A stretch of DNA of 64,000 bases from Dudresnaya verticillata (taxonomy: Eukaryota). Below are positions 50,025 to 64,000 of the stretch, one piece after another. The notes below the pieces were generated by a model. The model had not been told where the DNA came from, did no database searches, and saw only the letters and a list, made by a program, of their open reading frames with translations. The position numbers and the translations under genes are program-made. Each line of letters opens with the position of its first letter. Position 1 is the first letter of the stretch. The stretch is from NCBI GenBank assembly GCA_977862235.1, contig OZ374565.1, forward strand, positions 1,488,001 to 1,552,000. The letters run 5' to 3'.

Positions 50025-53000
50025 AAACCAACAATTTGTACGAGTTTGGTTCGAATGATCAACGCAATTCGAGGTCGCGCGTCTAGAGCAAGCGTTATTT
50101 CCATTGAGCGTATTCGGTATCTGTGGGATGCTATTAACCGCCTGATAGGCTGGCTATGAAGTATTCTAAGACGCATTGGCATCGTGGGTTGTATGTGCTA
50201 TCGTTGATGTGGCCATCTACTTCAGGAGTAGATAGCCACGTTTAGACGACCTCTGTTATGATCAAGGATCGAAGTGTGGGTCGACAGCCACAACTCTGGC
50301 CGACAGTCCTTGCTTTGCAAGCCCTGAATCGGTAACTTGTGCGACCAGTCCGCCCATCGGACAGTTGATGATGTCCTGGAGTCTGCAAAGACGCTGTCCT
50401 AAGCGCGGCGAAGAGCGTCGCGGCTGTACTTTCAGGCCGGCGTAAGCCGACATTGCGCATTGAGCTGCTCGATTCGCATACAATCGCGGATTAAAACATG
50501 GACTCCATCATTACACGGCTATTTGAAGGACGCGACGCACTATTTGCTCGCCATCGCGTCGCTGATGTGTATCAAAACCCGCACAGACAGCTTGCACACT
50601 ATTAACGTAATTGCCTATCGATTCTTGTTGCTGAATGCGAGCTGGCGCTGCTTCCTGCTGGACTTAAGCGAAACATTCTTGCAGGTCACGAAGCACCATG
50701 TCGTTTCGTAGAACTAGTTGATTTCGTGGGCGAGGTCTAGCGCGACGGGTCAGGAGAGAAGAGACAGGGGGTGTGACCGTTGAGGGGCAGTGCAACGGTA
50801 GCACAGTAGAGGTGCCCACATGCTCGAGGCGGCAAGGCCGTTTAAGGCGTACGGACGCAGGCCAACGGCGAGGAAATTGTAGTGGGACTGAGTGAGGCGG
50901 TGTCACAATAGCAGAGCGAAAGTGAGATGCTCGAGGCGCGCGGCGAGGGCCGTGAAGAGACAACAGTTGTACATAGATGGTTGGGGCGCGGGGACGCAGG
51001 TCTGCGGCGCCTGGGAGGCTTGCGCTACGCACAAGCCCGGGAAAAGCACGACAAGGATCGCACACTGCGCGCCTGTTAGGCCCGAAACAAGGCTGGTAGG
51101 ACCTGAATGTTTGCGCAGTGACGGCGCGCACGCAGCAAGGCGGTAGTAGCAGGAGGTTTGGCAGCTGTGCGGCAGCGGCAGGGCGCGCGGCGAGGCGGTT
51201 GCAGCACGAGGGATGACGAAAGGAGCTAGGATTGCGTCAAGGAGAGGGCGCTCGGAAAACTGTGGCGTGGTGGAGAGGGCACATCTGTGCAGTTGTGAGC
51301 GGACAAGCGGGGCAGCTGGCGCGCCTGCGCTGCCACACAGTGGGGGCAAAGCGCAATGCGGAGCACACGTGAGCGCTACCCCGGGCGCACAGCGGCAGCG
51401 CTGGGGCCAGGGGGAAATTCGGAAATAAATTGTAAAGGAAGTTTCGGAATAAATCAGAACTTTCGCGAAAGTTCCAGACGGTATAGACGCCATATTTAGA
51501 TAGCCATAACTTTCGCTGTGTAGGTGCCAACCCAAAACGGTTTTCACCACTGTTCTCCACTTGACCTTCCCTTCGAAAAAGCTAAAGAATTATCTATTCC
51601 GAGGGGGTCGTGACTGACTGTTTGCCAATATTTCTTCTCAATCTTACCAAAATAGTGTTACAACTACGCTAAGACCGCTGCACCAGGCAGCCAGGGTCAC
51701 ATCCCCACGAAGCGAAGCGGTTCGGACCCAGATAGGACCCAGCACCGAAAGCACCCAGTACCCAAACCCGGCAAAGCCGGTGAAGTAAAACTAATTCGGT
51801 AGCATTGCAAGATACAATAGTATTGCACTGCTACATTATACTGTACACTTCACTCGTTCCAGAGTGTGCTCAGATCGCAACCATACTGTACACTAGCAAT
51901 GTTTTGTGCAGTTCGCAGCACAGATCCTAGCCTGTAGTCACCGCGTACTCCAGACCGCGCCATCCTCGCTAGTCACCGCGTGTTCCAGACCGCGCCATTC
52001 TCGCACAATCCTTGCGATTACGGCCGAACTCCTCATACTCAAGAGCCCATGTGTGTTTGGATCTTGGTTTGACATTGCCATAGAGTATGCAGTTCCGCGA
52101 GTGCGCAATAGGAGAGTGAGAAGGGAAAATAGAGGGAGAGGGATCGTTGACCACAATAACCGCCGTGTTTCTTCACAATAGCGTCACGGAGGGGATGCAG
52201 CTGGCAGCAGATACTTCCAGAAGCGGGTATTCTGAAACAATATGTCATTTGTTCGAGCAGTGAATACACCTTTATACTGTTCTATGTGAAACAACTGCCT
52301 TAGGATATCTAGTGCGCTTCCGCCTAGTGCTAGCCATTAATATCGCGACAGCGCGCATAACACATCGATGTATCGGAAGATCTTTCGAGTCGGCAATATC
52401 CACCACTGCGAACTGTTGACGATGCAGAATTCTGCACGTACACATCCATAACATGACTGCTATAACAGTGCCTGTGAACGGTGCACAAGTACGGAAGTAC
52501 AGGTAAAATATAGTGAACGGAAGGAAGCGGTTGATCAATTGATCGAGCGGTTAACCGCTCGAGCGGTGTCCGGTTGAGACGGAGCAATCAAAAATTTATA
52601 ATTATATATCTAATTTCGCCATGTGGTAGTTCAGAAGCGGACATATCAACAGAAGATGTAATTTATTCGGTCATATCACTGCAATCGCTTTGGTACAATT
52701 GTTCGTGGGAAATCGTGGGATATACTCAGATAACCTTATCCATAGGGCCACAACAGCCATAAATTGCCGCAGACGGGTATGTGCGCAGCGGCCATTGGAA
52801 AACCACAAGCGGCGTCCGGAGAGATAATTTCTACGAGTGGCTATCCAGCCGTCAACGCCAACGCCAAAATGATGCTTACCTTCCAATCTGGAAAACGGGA
52901 GGTACTATTTCAACGGATTTGTGTCCAACAGTCTGTGCACAGTCTTTATGCGTACAAGAAATGCTATCCGCTGGATGTGATAACCACTGGATATATGGGT

Positions 53001-54625
53001 ACGAATATATGAGGTGCAACACCTCAGCACCGGCACGATACGATTCGAACTGGTTCGGGCATTGCTTTTGCAAAATTGGACTGTGTTAGACTCGAAATGA
53101 TGTATACATCATTTTGAATACAATCTTGTATACAAGTATACAAGATTGTGGATTGGGATGCAAAATCAACGACTATTTATCAACATTTCTGTGGTTTCAT
53201 TAGGAATCAAAGCGACAGAACGTCTAGCTACCACGAAGAGAGATGCCCGCGAAGAGAAGTGCAGAAGGGGGATGAATAGCTCCTGACCGGCCCCAGTGTG
53301 CTGTGTCCGGCACTTGCACACCGGCACACCGGAAGGAAGATTTCAATGTGCACATTTCTAACATCTTACTTATCCATGGATGTGTTGGAATACAACCAGC
53401 TGCGTACAATTAAGAATGATTACTGTAGTTAACCTGCGTAATTAGCACTAAGTGGCATGCTTGCCACTTAGTAGCCTATATGCTTCAGGCTGGTTAGGTT
53501 CAACATGTTCCATTTACAAGCCTGAACGGACGGTGTGCAAGTTCCCTGTACATTTAGAGGCTATGTATGGGATTCTCTGTGAAGCATCTGCCTCGCATAG
53601 CTACAGTTGCGATTTTTCTCAAAGTAGGGGCCTATGCGGCTACGTACCTAGGTCATGTCAAGCATGCAATCATACGGTCGCATAAGATGGATAGTAAATG
53701 AGAGTCCAAGGGTCACCACCTGCTAGGGTGATCGAATGTTTTCTGTCATTTACGATAGCTATCAAATATCATGTCATTTAAGATATATATCTGCGGAAAA
53801 ATATCGTACAGGACAGAAAATAATAGGTCACGTAGTGAGGTGGAATTTGCGGGCAGTAACTGGCGCACTTGGCGTACTGGGGTCTTTCACAAGCAAGGAT
53901 GACCGAACATGATCTTTCATGTACGGTGCCGTCATTACGGGGGGGTCCTTGCCGTGCTACGTGTCAGAGCGCGGTCCGGATACTTTATCTGAAAATATCT
54001 CTCATCTTCCACCTCACCCGAATAGAATACCCCATCCCAGAGGACTTATAACACACGCCCGAGCCTGAGAGCTCCCACTGCAACACCCACCGCCAGCCCC
54101 GCATCACAAATCGCCCCTCAAGGACGACGTCTACATAATGGACGAAGAAGACATCTGTCGAGGCTAGACACAGTCGCTCCGCGAGCGGCGCGCACCGCGT
54201 CGTCTCCTGGTCAGCAGCGGGGCAACGCCTCCTGGGGGCGCTTCTAGAAAGGGGAATACAGCACTCGCTCAGGGCCCTCGCCCGTCCAAGCCGACCGCGA
54301 CTGTGACCACAAGAGGCCCGCCCCGCACCCCGGTCGGGCGGTGACAGCTGGCCGTGCGGGCCGAGCTGTCCCCAGAAGAACTGGAAAAATTACGAACTCG
54401 CCACCCGCCGCGCAAGATTCGTTCCATTCTAGGACTACTTCTACTGCACCGACTGCGCAGCGCAGTTTGCGATTTTCGCCGCCAACACGCTCACCTTCCC
54501 CTACCCATTTTCCCCCGGCCTCGCCATCGCTCCCTACACCTCCCGGTTCGCCCGCCACTGCGCCTGTCAATGTTCGTGCAACCACTGTAAGGCACCAACA
54601 GGTCACCATCGCAAATATCTGCATA

Positions 54626-54687
54626 TACGCAGACGACACCTGTGTCACACAGGTGCTACGCAGACGACACCTGTGTCACACAGGTGC
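54626..54687. repeat. 31-bp tandem duplication containing a near-perfect palindrome
   Basis: TACGCAGACGACACCTGTGTCACACAGGTGC twice; core CACCTGTGT-C-ACACAGGTG. Confidence 0.9.
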
Positions 54688-54747
54688 GTTTTCGAAGGGT
54701 GGGGAGCGCGAATGCCGGGATTTTGGGGTGCTCGCAACGTCGTTAAG

Positions 54748-55017
54748 ATGAAGCCCTGGAACTGTAAAGAAGAGTTCCAGGCTCACCTTAACACGCGGGC
54801 GTTCTGCCTGTCTCACGGCATGGAACCGCGAGTGAAACCCAAGGCGCGACTCGGGCGGCGGCTTGTGCACCGCATCAAAGATGAGGACAATCGCCTGGTC
54901 GTTGAAGGCAATGAGCGTTTTAAATGCCCGGCGTGCGATGTTATGTTGAACTGCCGCGACCACTTTACCCACCGTATCACATGCTTCCCAAATAATGGCA
55001 TCCAGCTGCCAACCTAG
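54748..55017 (+). pseudogene. Possible zinc-finger remnant
   Basis: FKCPACDVMLNCRDHFTHRITC resembles a C2H2/C2HC finger; short, no other support. Confidence 0.3.
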
Positions 55018-55449
55018 TTTACTGCTTCGAGTGTATCTAATGTAGTTGCATAACGTACTGGTCTGATAAAACTATGTGGGAAACGCAGAGGAGCCGGCGT
55101 CTAACACTCCTTTCTACACTACGAATGCCCATCCCCAATCCGTGCATCTCCTGCTCCGTGATTGGGAAACCGAAGGCCAGTGACGCCGCTTCTTGCGTGG
55201 CGGTGATGTAGGAGCTGCAGAAGCTGCGTCTGAGACTGTAGCAGCCGACACAGTGGCGGCAGCGCTTTCTTGTGAGAAAAGGTGAGCCGGTCCGCGCCGC
55301 CCGCAAGGGCCGCTTTCGGGCCATCTTCGATCCGGGCTACCGCCCCCCGCCCTCCCCGCCCAAGCGTCCGCCTTTCGCCTTTGTCCCACCGACCCGTCTC
55401 CTTTGTCCGACCCATCCTCCAAGGTCCTAATTCTGGTCTTTTTGTCGTT

Positions 55450-57956
55450 TGTCTTACAAGTTATTTTCAGGACTAGAGATGAAATGGCTACTTCCTCGAT
55501 AACCATGCATAGAGATTGCTGATTTCGAGGGCTCTTGACTCTGTCCTTGAATGAAAAAGTTTTGGATGCTTGTAGCTGAGGACTGGGAAAGCAAGCTGCA
55601 AATCTGAATTGATTGAGTACATGGCCTCGACCATAAGAACCGCAATCCAGTGGTTGGCGTAGCTAACAGCTTCTTTGCATCGGGATGCTTCCGTTTCGAT
55701 ATGCTGGCGATTCAGTAAGATATACTCTTGAAGCCAAGAGAAATAACCATTTCATAGTAGAAAGCCTGCAACAGTCGCCCGAATTTCTCCACGTTCCCGA
55801 GGGGATGCCTTAAGTCTTGTAGTAACATTGCAGTCAAAGTCCATCGTCGTAATACTCGCGTACAGTATTTATACTTCTACCGGTACCTCAGAACTTGGCC
55901 GGATGCGCAGAATTCCGAGTAAGATGTTGGACTCGGTCAGCACAGAAGCAGATTGTACATCCTCATTGTCGAAATCAACTATATCCAAGTCGTATTGCTG
56001 GTCATCGGGCTCTCTGCCAACTAGAATGCTTCGCATAGCCTGTACGTCCAGTCCGAATTGTAGTTACGATAAGAGAGGACGCTGGCTAGTCATTCTACGT
56101 GGCCTATTGGTCTTTATGGGGTTAAACGGCTGCATTCCACCTCTGCCCGATGCCTTTCAAGACTTCTCGACCTCTACAGCGCCATCCGCAGACATGTCGG
56201 CGACATTAATCTGCATTGTGGTAGCAGATACGCTTTTTAAAGGCTGCGAAGATGAACCTCCTATAATTCCGGGCTCTGCATCTTGTACTCTAGCTGCATC
56301 CAGACGAAGGATCGAAACTTCATGAATATCGACCTGCAGCGGGTTATGTGAGTCGATGAAGCCTCTTCTCGTGACTTTTCAATGGTTTCCGTGGTATATG
56401 AACCGAACAGCAGCTGCGTAGCTCTCCCAAGCATCTTTTCAAAGGCCGCAAGGGAGCCTTCATTTGCTAATGCAGCCTCTGTCGACTTTGAATTCAACAC
56501 GATGTCAGCATCCAAGTCACCTTCGGTTACCGAGAGCGACTTCAGCCATACAGCACGTAAGACGAATTTCCGCATCGCGTCTCGGAGGAGCAGTCGAATT
56601 CCTGCCCCAGCTTGATGAAACGATACGGCCTCTCCCAGAGATCGAGAGAAGTGTACAAATATTCAAGCAATCATTTCGCAGTATACTTCCAGAGCCCACC
56701 TCTGTGAGCAGCGGAATACATCTTGACACTCGACATTCTGTTTGTAACCAGTCAGAATCTTTGCGAGTTGTTCGGTTTAAATCTTCATGGACTCCGATGC
56801 AATTCTGCAGCCGATGAACACGACCTGCTCCGAAAACTCTCCATTACTCTGAGATAGAATTAAACGAGAGCCCCAGGAAGTGGCCATGCATATCTCCAAC
56901 ACTATGCGACTAGTACTGCTCCCGGGAGCTCCCGGGAGCACGATGAGACATTAGCCAGCCGCAAAGCGTTCCAGCGGTCTTGGCAAACTCTATGAATAGA
57001 AGGCAGCCAATTGTACGTCCATCGTCGTTATATCTTGCAGAAACCTCGGGAACGGACGCCATGTAAGATCCTTGAGGCTGTGGAATGACACCAATCCTGT
57101 CAAAAGACTCCAGAAAATCCAGCGATAGTGACAATGGAGATTCCTTCGGAAGCACTGTGGAAAGAATCCACTGCCTCATTTGCAGTACAAGGAATTTGTT
57201 GTTGTTCGCAAGAAAACTTCTCACATATTTTCCCCAGACGTTAATGTCATTCCACATGGGGCCGTGTTTTCGATAGTTCGTCACTCAGACAAGTCTGAGC
57301 AATTTTTTTCCAAGTGGGATTGATGTAGTTTCGTTTCGCCAGCGCACACACGCGTATGCTCGGTTATGACACCAACCGGTACCGGTACACCCGTGTGCAA
57401 CGGTTTGCACCGTATGAGGACCCCACTCTTCCCACGATACCGAGAATTACGATTAGTTTGATTAGGGTTCGTCCGCACGCTAGGTCGATGCATCGATGTG
57501 TATCGACTTGATACAATGTTCCGTGTGAGGAGCTCTTCCCGCAAGCGGGAATCGTGATTGGGTTGGTTAAGATGCGCCGGAGGCTAGGTCAGTAGATCCT
57601 TTGGGTCCATGTGCCTGTAGACCATGGGCGAGTTGATCCGGTGAGTTGATAAAGGCACTCGATCTTTGAACCAACGAGGTGGGCTCTGGGCCCTGACCCC
57701 AAAACGTGTACTGAACTTGAGCCCGTGCGATTGCAGAAAAGTTCCAAAAAACGGAAACATTTCTCTCGGCGTTGACACCGAGCCGAGCTTCGTATGAAGG
57801 TTCATCATATGGAGCTGTGTAGCAAGGTCGGCGCAGGCGCTGAGCGGTGGCAGCCAAGTGGGCGCCAGTGGCACTTCGAAGTGCCGTCGGATTCGATCGC
57901 GGGAGCCCAGCTAGTCTCCACGTCGCGATGCCGATGCTGGGAATACGTTTCCTCAC
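55450..57956 (-). pseudogene. Possible decayed coding region, product unknown
   Basis: Consecutive minus-strand ORFs with protein-like composition (57567-57956, 56910-57284, 56517-56729, 56261-56575); no recognisable motif. Confidence 0.3.
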
Positions 57957-59010
57957 TAGCGCGCCCTAGACCGCTCTCCCCTTTTGTCGGGTAACAGCGA
58001 CAACAGTTGTTGCTCGCGTCCCTCCTCTCTGCCCCGTCGCGCGCGTGCGCACCATTGTATGACCCTCACCCAGTACCGCCCTGGACCACGCGCACGCGGT
58101 ACCGGCGGGTAGACACCGCCTACCCGCGGGTCTACTACGGGGTACTCCATGTGCACACCCGCGTGGGCCTTGTCGGTACAATTGTACAAGCCACCCCGTG
58201 CTTTGCACCCTTTCCTGGATGCAGACCTTCCCATTCTTACCCTCCCGCGGATCTTCCACCCGCATTTTCGGACCAACGCCGTCCAGAAAGAGGATCAGCA
58301 ACGGCGCCACCGCTGTGCAGCGCGACGGGCAGGTCCACATAAATGATGCATGCCGTACCGGCTGTGCAAATCCCGATGAGTCTCACCTTGCTGGGGGGAA
58401 GCCAGCGAGTTTCTCAGCGTCACTCTTCGCAACCACCGCCTCAGCTTCCTGCTCTCCTTCACGTGTGGTGGTACCGCTACCTCGCAACCCACGTAACACC
58501 CCTCGTTAAGGAATTCAAGTCTCTACGAGATGTCTTGCACGGCCAATCCCAGGCTGTTTCTGCTTCAACCCCGCCATGCCTCGCAGCGAGACATGTCCCG
58601 TTTCTCATTCCCGCACACTGACGCGTCTCGTCACACGGGGCCGGTCGGTCTAAAAGGCGCCGCTGCGACCGCAATGGCGGAAAATGGCTGTTTTCCCGTC
58701 TCCGGCCTAGAATGACGTGGATGACGATTTGTTCCTGCCTGGCCAAACATGCCCCGAGGCAGCTCAAGACGTACGTTCCTTGTCGAAGTCCATGCATGGC
58801 ACACTACCCCGAACTGGCATAGCAATGTTTCCAGAACTACGTCTGGAAGCAGGTGACGCCATTGCTCTCCCGGGAGAGACCCGTCTGAAGACGCGTTTGC
58901 GGCGGCCGCGGCCATCTGTCTTACGGAGGACAACGGCACGATCCATTTCGGTCAAAGGCTACCGTGGTGCGATTTGCAGCTGGGCTCGCCGCTCTTGGGA
59001 CCCGCCAGAG

Positions 59011-59853
59011 TGTGGCATAGCTGTAAGACCAGCGGTGCTACGCATGCGCAGCTGTAAGACCAGTTGCGCCGCGCACGCAGCCGCGCAGGGTGCACGCTGT
59101 CAACCGGTGGCGCCGAATCCCCGCTAGCGCTGTAAGTCAGTGCGCTGTGGCGCACACGCGCACACGCGTACGCGTGTAACAATGAAACTCTCGTGTAATT
59201 CTTACTTCTATTTTTGTGTGTAGTGTACTGTAAGTCTAGTGTAAGCGGCGGTCGAACGCCTTGCTGTCCACCTTCCGTGCGCACGCACTCCGGTGTAGAG
59301 CCGTTGAGTTCGTGACACGTGCACGCGCACTCCGGCGTCGAACCGTTGAGTGCGTGCAGACCTTTTCGCCCATGCGCGCCCCCGGGTTACCGTTACCCGT
59401 ACGCGTCGATGCGTATCGGGGCGTGCCGGTGCACCCCCCGGGTTGGTGTCGCCGCGGGAACAGTAGTCTATTTAGTAGTCGCCCCTCTGGGCTAGAGTAA
59501 ACACAGGCAAGCCAGTCTACGCCAGGCTTTCCCCTTTCTGCTTTGGGTTTCTTTCCCAGTCTTTCGCCCTACCGCTTACCTCTTTCCCTATCCTCCTAGG
59601 CTTCCTTTTCCTATTCGCACCGTCGGACTCGTGTCGTCCCACGACGGGAACGCTGGGATCCGGCCGCTGCCGCCCGCGTACGGTCCGACCCGTGCGCGCT
59701 CAGTCTTCGACGCCGTCAGATCCGCGACCGTCGACGGCGCGCGCGGCTGACATCACCGCTTCACCACCTATCTCCCCGACCCTTCGACGGCCCTGGGAGC
59801 GACGACGAGACCAGCCGTGCTACACGTCAGTTGGACCTGACGTCTATGCCACA
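59011..59853 (+). mobile_element. Solo LTR, family D
   Basis: TGTGGCATAG...CTATGCCACA with exact TSD CAGAG. Confidence 0.95.
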
Positions 59854-62800
59854 CAGAGCGCTCATGTCCATGACTTCAGGCTCAAGCTTGGTACGCACGT
59901 GCGTGGCGCAACAGCGAGAACAACAATGTAGTCTTCAAATGCCCATAACCGATCCTCGAGGCACCACACTCTCCCTTTAGGGCTCTTTGGCGACATTCCT
60001 ATAGCCACATATATACCACGCGTGCCCTTTGGGGCTATTTGGCGATATGGCTATAGCCATATGTATTTGTATATATATATGATATGTATATATACATATA
60101 AATACCGTCCTTCAAGGAAGTTGCCGGCACTTTTCCATCGAGCGAAGGTTTTTTGCAGTGTTGCGCTCTTAACAATCTCTATAGTTTACAATTTTTGCTT
60201 AATGTCATAACTAAAATATCCATTTTATCACAATCGCGGTGTGCTGTCAGAGATTTTAGTCTCAACGATAGGGTGCTTCCGAGGAAAGCAAGCGCAGGAA
60301 AAGTAGTCTTTGGCTTTAATAGAACAGCTGATTTGTCAGCAATTGGGCCTGGCCAAGCTGCAGCTTGACGATGGCCAGAGAGTGTCTGACCAGGGTGCGG
60401 TATCTCTTAACTTTAGTACATCGGTTGTTGTCAACAGAGATTGTCATCATTAATATGCCAGTATTTATGAACGATATGGATATATTTAGTTGCCCATCTC
60501 TTCCTCTTTAAATTCTAAACCTCATTTGTACAAGGTTTCTTTTCTCATTGCCTTTTGTATCTCGGGCTTCAAGCCCCGAGTTATGGAAACTGCTGCTCCT
60601 GTCCGTATATCTAACATTTTATCAAGCTCCGCAGTGTCGCAACAGTGTGGAGCTTGATAACAGACCGATCGCGACCTTCAGGCTGCATGCAGCACGTGTC
60701 GAGATCTGAATGCATCAGTCCGGACGCAATCCGTTTGTTGCGTTCCCATCCACAGTGGCCGCCATTCCGCAGCAGCGTGTCCGCTTCAAAGTAGATCTAT
60801 TGCGCTCCAGCGCCCCAGCTGTTTCTTAACAACCTTTGCAATTGCAATTGCTGATGGTACCATCATGCGTCAAGACCCATTTAAGCCATTCCAGAATCTG
60901 ACTTTGAAAGCAGACTGAAGTCAAGTAGCTGTTTTCTGATATTTGTGGAAAGGTACGCGTCCCCTGAGTACGATGGTGAAATCCGATTGGCCAACGGACC
61001 ATTTGTTCCAAAGTTATGGCGGTTTGCGTGATTTTACACAAAAGTTTCCCAGGGTTTCCGAAATTTAATTTCCTTGCGTCGATTTGGCCCGCCCGGACCA
61101 ATCTGTGGTCCGCACTGGGCCAACTTGGTCCGCCCGGTCCCCACCTGCCCCACGCGCTCGCCCCCCACACCCCAATGCCACGGCACGCCCCCCCCATGGC
61201 ACACAATGCCCCGACTGTACTGTACCGCCCCGCGCAAAGCCGCACAGATGCGTGCGCGCCCTGTTTCCACAGCTCCTACTCTGCAACGCCACGCCTTCTC
61301 ACCGCACCTGCTGTCCTATCCTTTGCACGTCCATACGAGAAAGCACAGATCACCGTCACCGCGTTATCAAGCTGTGCAGATGGGCGCCTGAACCAACAAC
61401 CGCCTCCAAATCTAGCTCAGTACCTGCGCAACTACTCCTGCGGCTTCAGTGATTTCCACGGCCTAGCAGTCGGCATCAGCGCAACGGTAGTGCGAAGTGT
61501 GGTTTCCTTGCTAAGCGCACAGCGAGGAAAGGTGGTGAAGTTCTAATGGTCGTGACTATAGCCTCGGAGGAGTGTGCTTGCTTCGCGCTCGCCGGTGCAA
61601 GCGTGTGCGTGATTGGGACGGGTTGCTTGGGGCGCAGAGCGCCTTTACATGAAATCGCTAGCGACCTCAATACTACGAAAAGGATTCATGCCCCCACCAT
61701 ATGCAACCAGTGCATGCATGGCTGCTCCATAAACCGCGCGGCAATGCGCATTGCCGTAGACACTAACCGCAACTTCGTTGATCAACGAGGTTGCTGTTTT
61801 GAAGCTCTTCAAGTCCATTAGCCATGGCTAATAATAATAAGTGCACTTATTCAAATCGCCTCCCCGAGAAGATAGAATTTGATCAGCCACAAGCGAACAC
61901 GTTCTGAATCCTGAATATCTTCTAGCATTCGTTCGGACTCTGACACAAGGTAAGCAGACCTCTCGCGCACTTCGAATTTCATGATTCGTTTCTCTCCTCT
62001 TGCTGAATAGCTTCAGCGGCGATTGCGGGCTATGTTGCTCTGCATAATTCTTCAGCGCCAGTAGGAGTAGCTTTCGCCATGATTTTCTTCCTTTTATCTT
62101 GATTCTGAGTTTTTTTGGGACAGAACATAGGGGGGTCACGTCGAGCGGAAGTCCACAATTGTCCCATCTTGTAAGATGGGACTCAATGCCTTGGTCAGGG
62201 GTTGCTGTACATAGCAACCCCTATCCAAAGCATTGCGTTTCGTATCATCTCAGCCCCAACAACGCTATCGACGTTAAAACAATTCACAACTTCATCATGC
62301 CACTCATTGTGTGTGGCCCTCACACTCTTACTACAACACGGTGGGTATTGCCCTGGGTGTGACTGCAATGAAAGTTGGAGTACTGCAATTACTAACTGCT
62401 TGAATTGCAAAGGTAACCCCCCATGACCCAGTACAATGGCTGTACCTCTGCCGCTGTCTTCCTTCGTGTCATTCTCAGCAAGTACTCATGTTGGAAGCGG
62501 TCCACATGATGATATCTTCACGTCGTCCCCTATCCTCGTTTCAGGTATCCCAGACGCTCGCCCCATGGAAACATCGTGATGCTCTGGTTCTACGTCGACG
62601 GTCTTTTACAGAAAGACAACCTTTTAGACGCCCTTCACTCACAAGGTAACCCCTCAGCTTGCTGCACAGTTCTCTCTCAGCGTGCATCATCTACTATGGC
62701 AATAACTACAGACAAGACGGGTTCAACCCCACACAGAAAGTTTCGTTTACTACCCCTCACATCCAAACCCACTCATGCCTCTGATTCAGTATCTTCCACC

Positions 62801-64000
62801 GTCCAATCCAATGGCACCGCCCAGCCCAGCAACCCTAACACATCCCGAGCTCCCCTCATCACCCGCTCCCAACCTGCCCGGCTCTCTCCATCATATCGCG
62901 TGCCCATCCCATGAGCTGCTCCCGGGGCCATAACGTTGTATCCAGCTCAGCCAGGGCAACTCCGCGCGTCTCGATGACTTCAGCACGAAGAGCCCTGAGT
63001 TCTTGTAATAGGCGTTCCGGAGCAGTGTCGGAAGGTGATATTTTGTCACCGGGTCACGGTCGGGTCCGTGATTTCCTTCACATATACTTCGACGTCGCCA
63101 CTGGCAAGCTTAACGAAATTTCGTTACCCTCCGCTCCAACCGTGTCGGTGCGCTGACCTGTTGATCAACAACCCTCGGGTCGAGTCAACTTCGCAAGCTC
63201 TTCTAGGAGGTACAAAATGAGGCGTTTAATAACCTCATACATCCTGTCCGCTAGCATCGTGGTTAACAATAGCGTCCGAAATCCCAGGACCCTGCTCCCC
63301 TGTCGCTTCAGGATTGAGACCATTCTGCATGCTTAATAAACGCTGCATGTATTACCGAAGGTACTCGGTCATCAGGAAGTGCCGGCACGCCGGTGAGACA
63401 TTTTTCGGAAGGTGGCGACATTTGGCAGCTTACTACAATATTTCGTAGACCATACACACAGCCACAGCTGAATGGGCTCTGCGTCATGCTCGCGTCGTGA
63501 TGCTTGAATGGGTCTGAATAAAGTTGGCCGGCATAAGATGAGCTCCGACATCAAGGACCACCAGCCCAACCGTTCTCTCCTCAGAAACTCGGCGCTGGGA
63601 TTCTGGAGACTTATTACGGTTCTCACGATATCAATTATTTCTCAGTATCCGTTGCGCCCATGATAAATGTGTCTCCTGTATGACCAGTTTCCAGTACCCT
63701 ATAGGGCTATAGCAGCATCATCCTTCGGCGTGAAGTGACTGTAGTCCTTCAGTACTTGGTCACCCCATGACACCAAGCCTTGACTGCATATTCATCGGCT
63801 TCGATGGATATTTATGGTCGTTCCTTATTGACGATGCGCCCTGTATTTTGAAAAATTCCATACCAAGCTTTCGGACAGGAGTCACAAAGGTCGACCTGGG
63901 TCTGCTCCTGAGCACATTGCCTTGTACACCATGGGGCTTAATGCGTTTTGCGCACAGCTCGTATCGTGATGCCTGCGCCTCACGTTTAGTAACGTTGGCG

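Noticed and set aside
51400..51560. DNA transposon end pairing with 61000-61100
   Set aside because: Similar composition, but no clear TIR pair or TSD.

Overview
Eukaryotic, transposon-dense DNA. The intronless genes and the Ty3/gypsy families resemble those of florideophyte red algae, which is an inference. Much of the window is Ty3/gypsy LTR retrotransposon sequence. (1) The 3' half of a chromodomain element (1-8406) sits inside the gag of a related degraded element (8407-~12460). (2) A young, compact element with apparently identical 215-bp LTRs spans 17459-22792 (-). (3) A full-length 13.2-kb chromodomain element (34355-47548, -) lies at the centre of a four-level nest of LTRs (33534-49133). 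There are also three solo LTRs of one family and three non-autonomous pogo/Tc1-like DNA transposons. Host content is two paralogous genes for small, apparently secreted Cys-rich cationic proteins (25957-26466, 30250-30761). The most notable observation is that two distinct gypsy families each carry a long (~720-750 codon) antisense ORF between pol and the 3' LTR. The two ORFs share a conserved Trp/aromatic-rich domain that matches nothing I recognise, which suggests an ancient accessory gene of this retrotransposon lineage.
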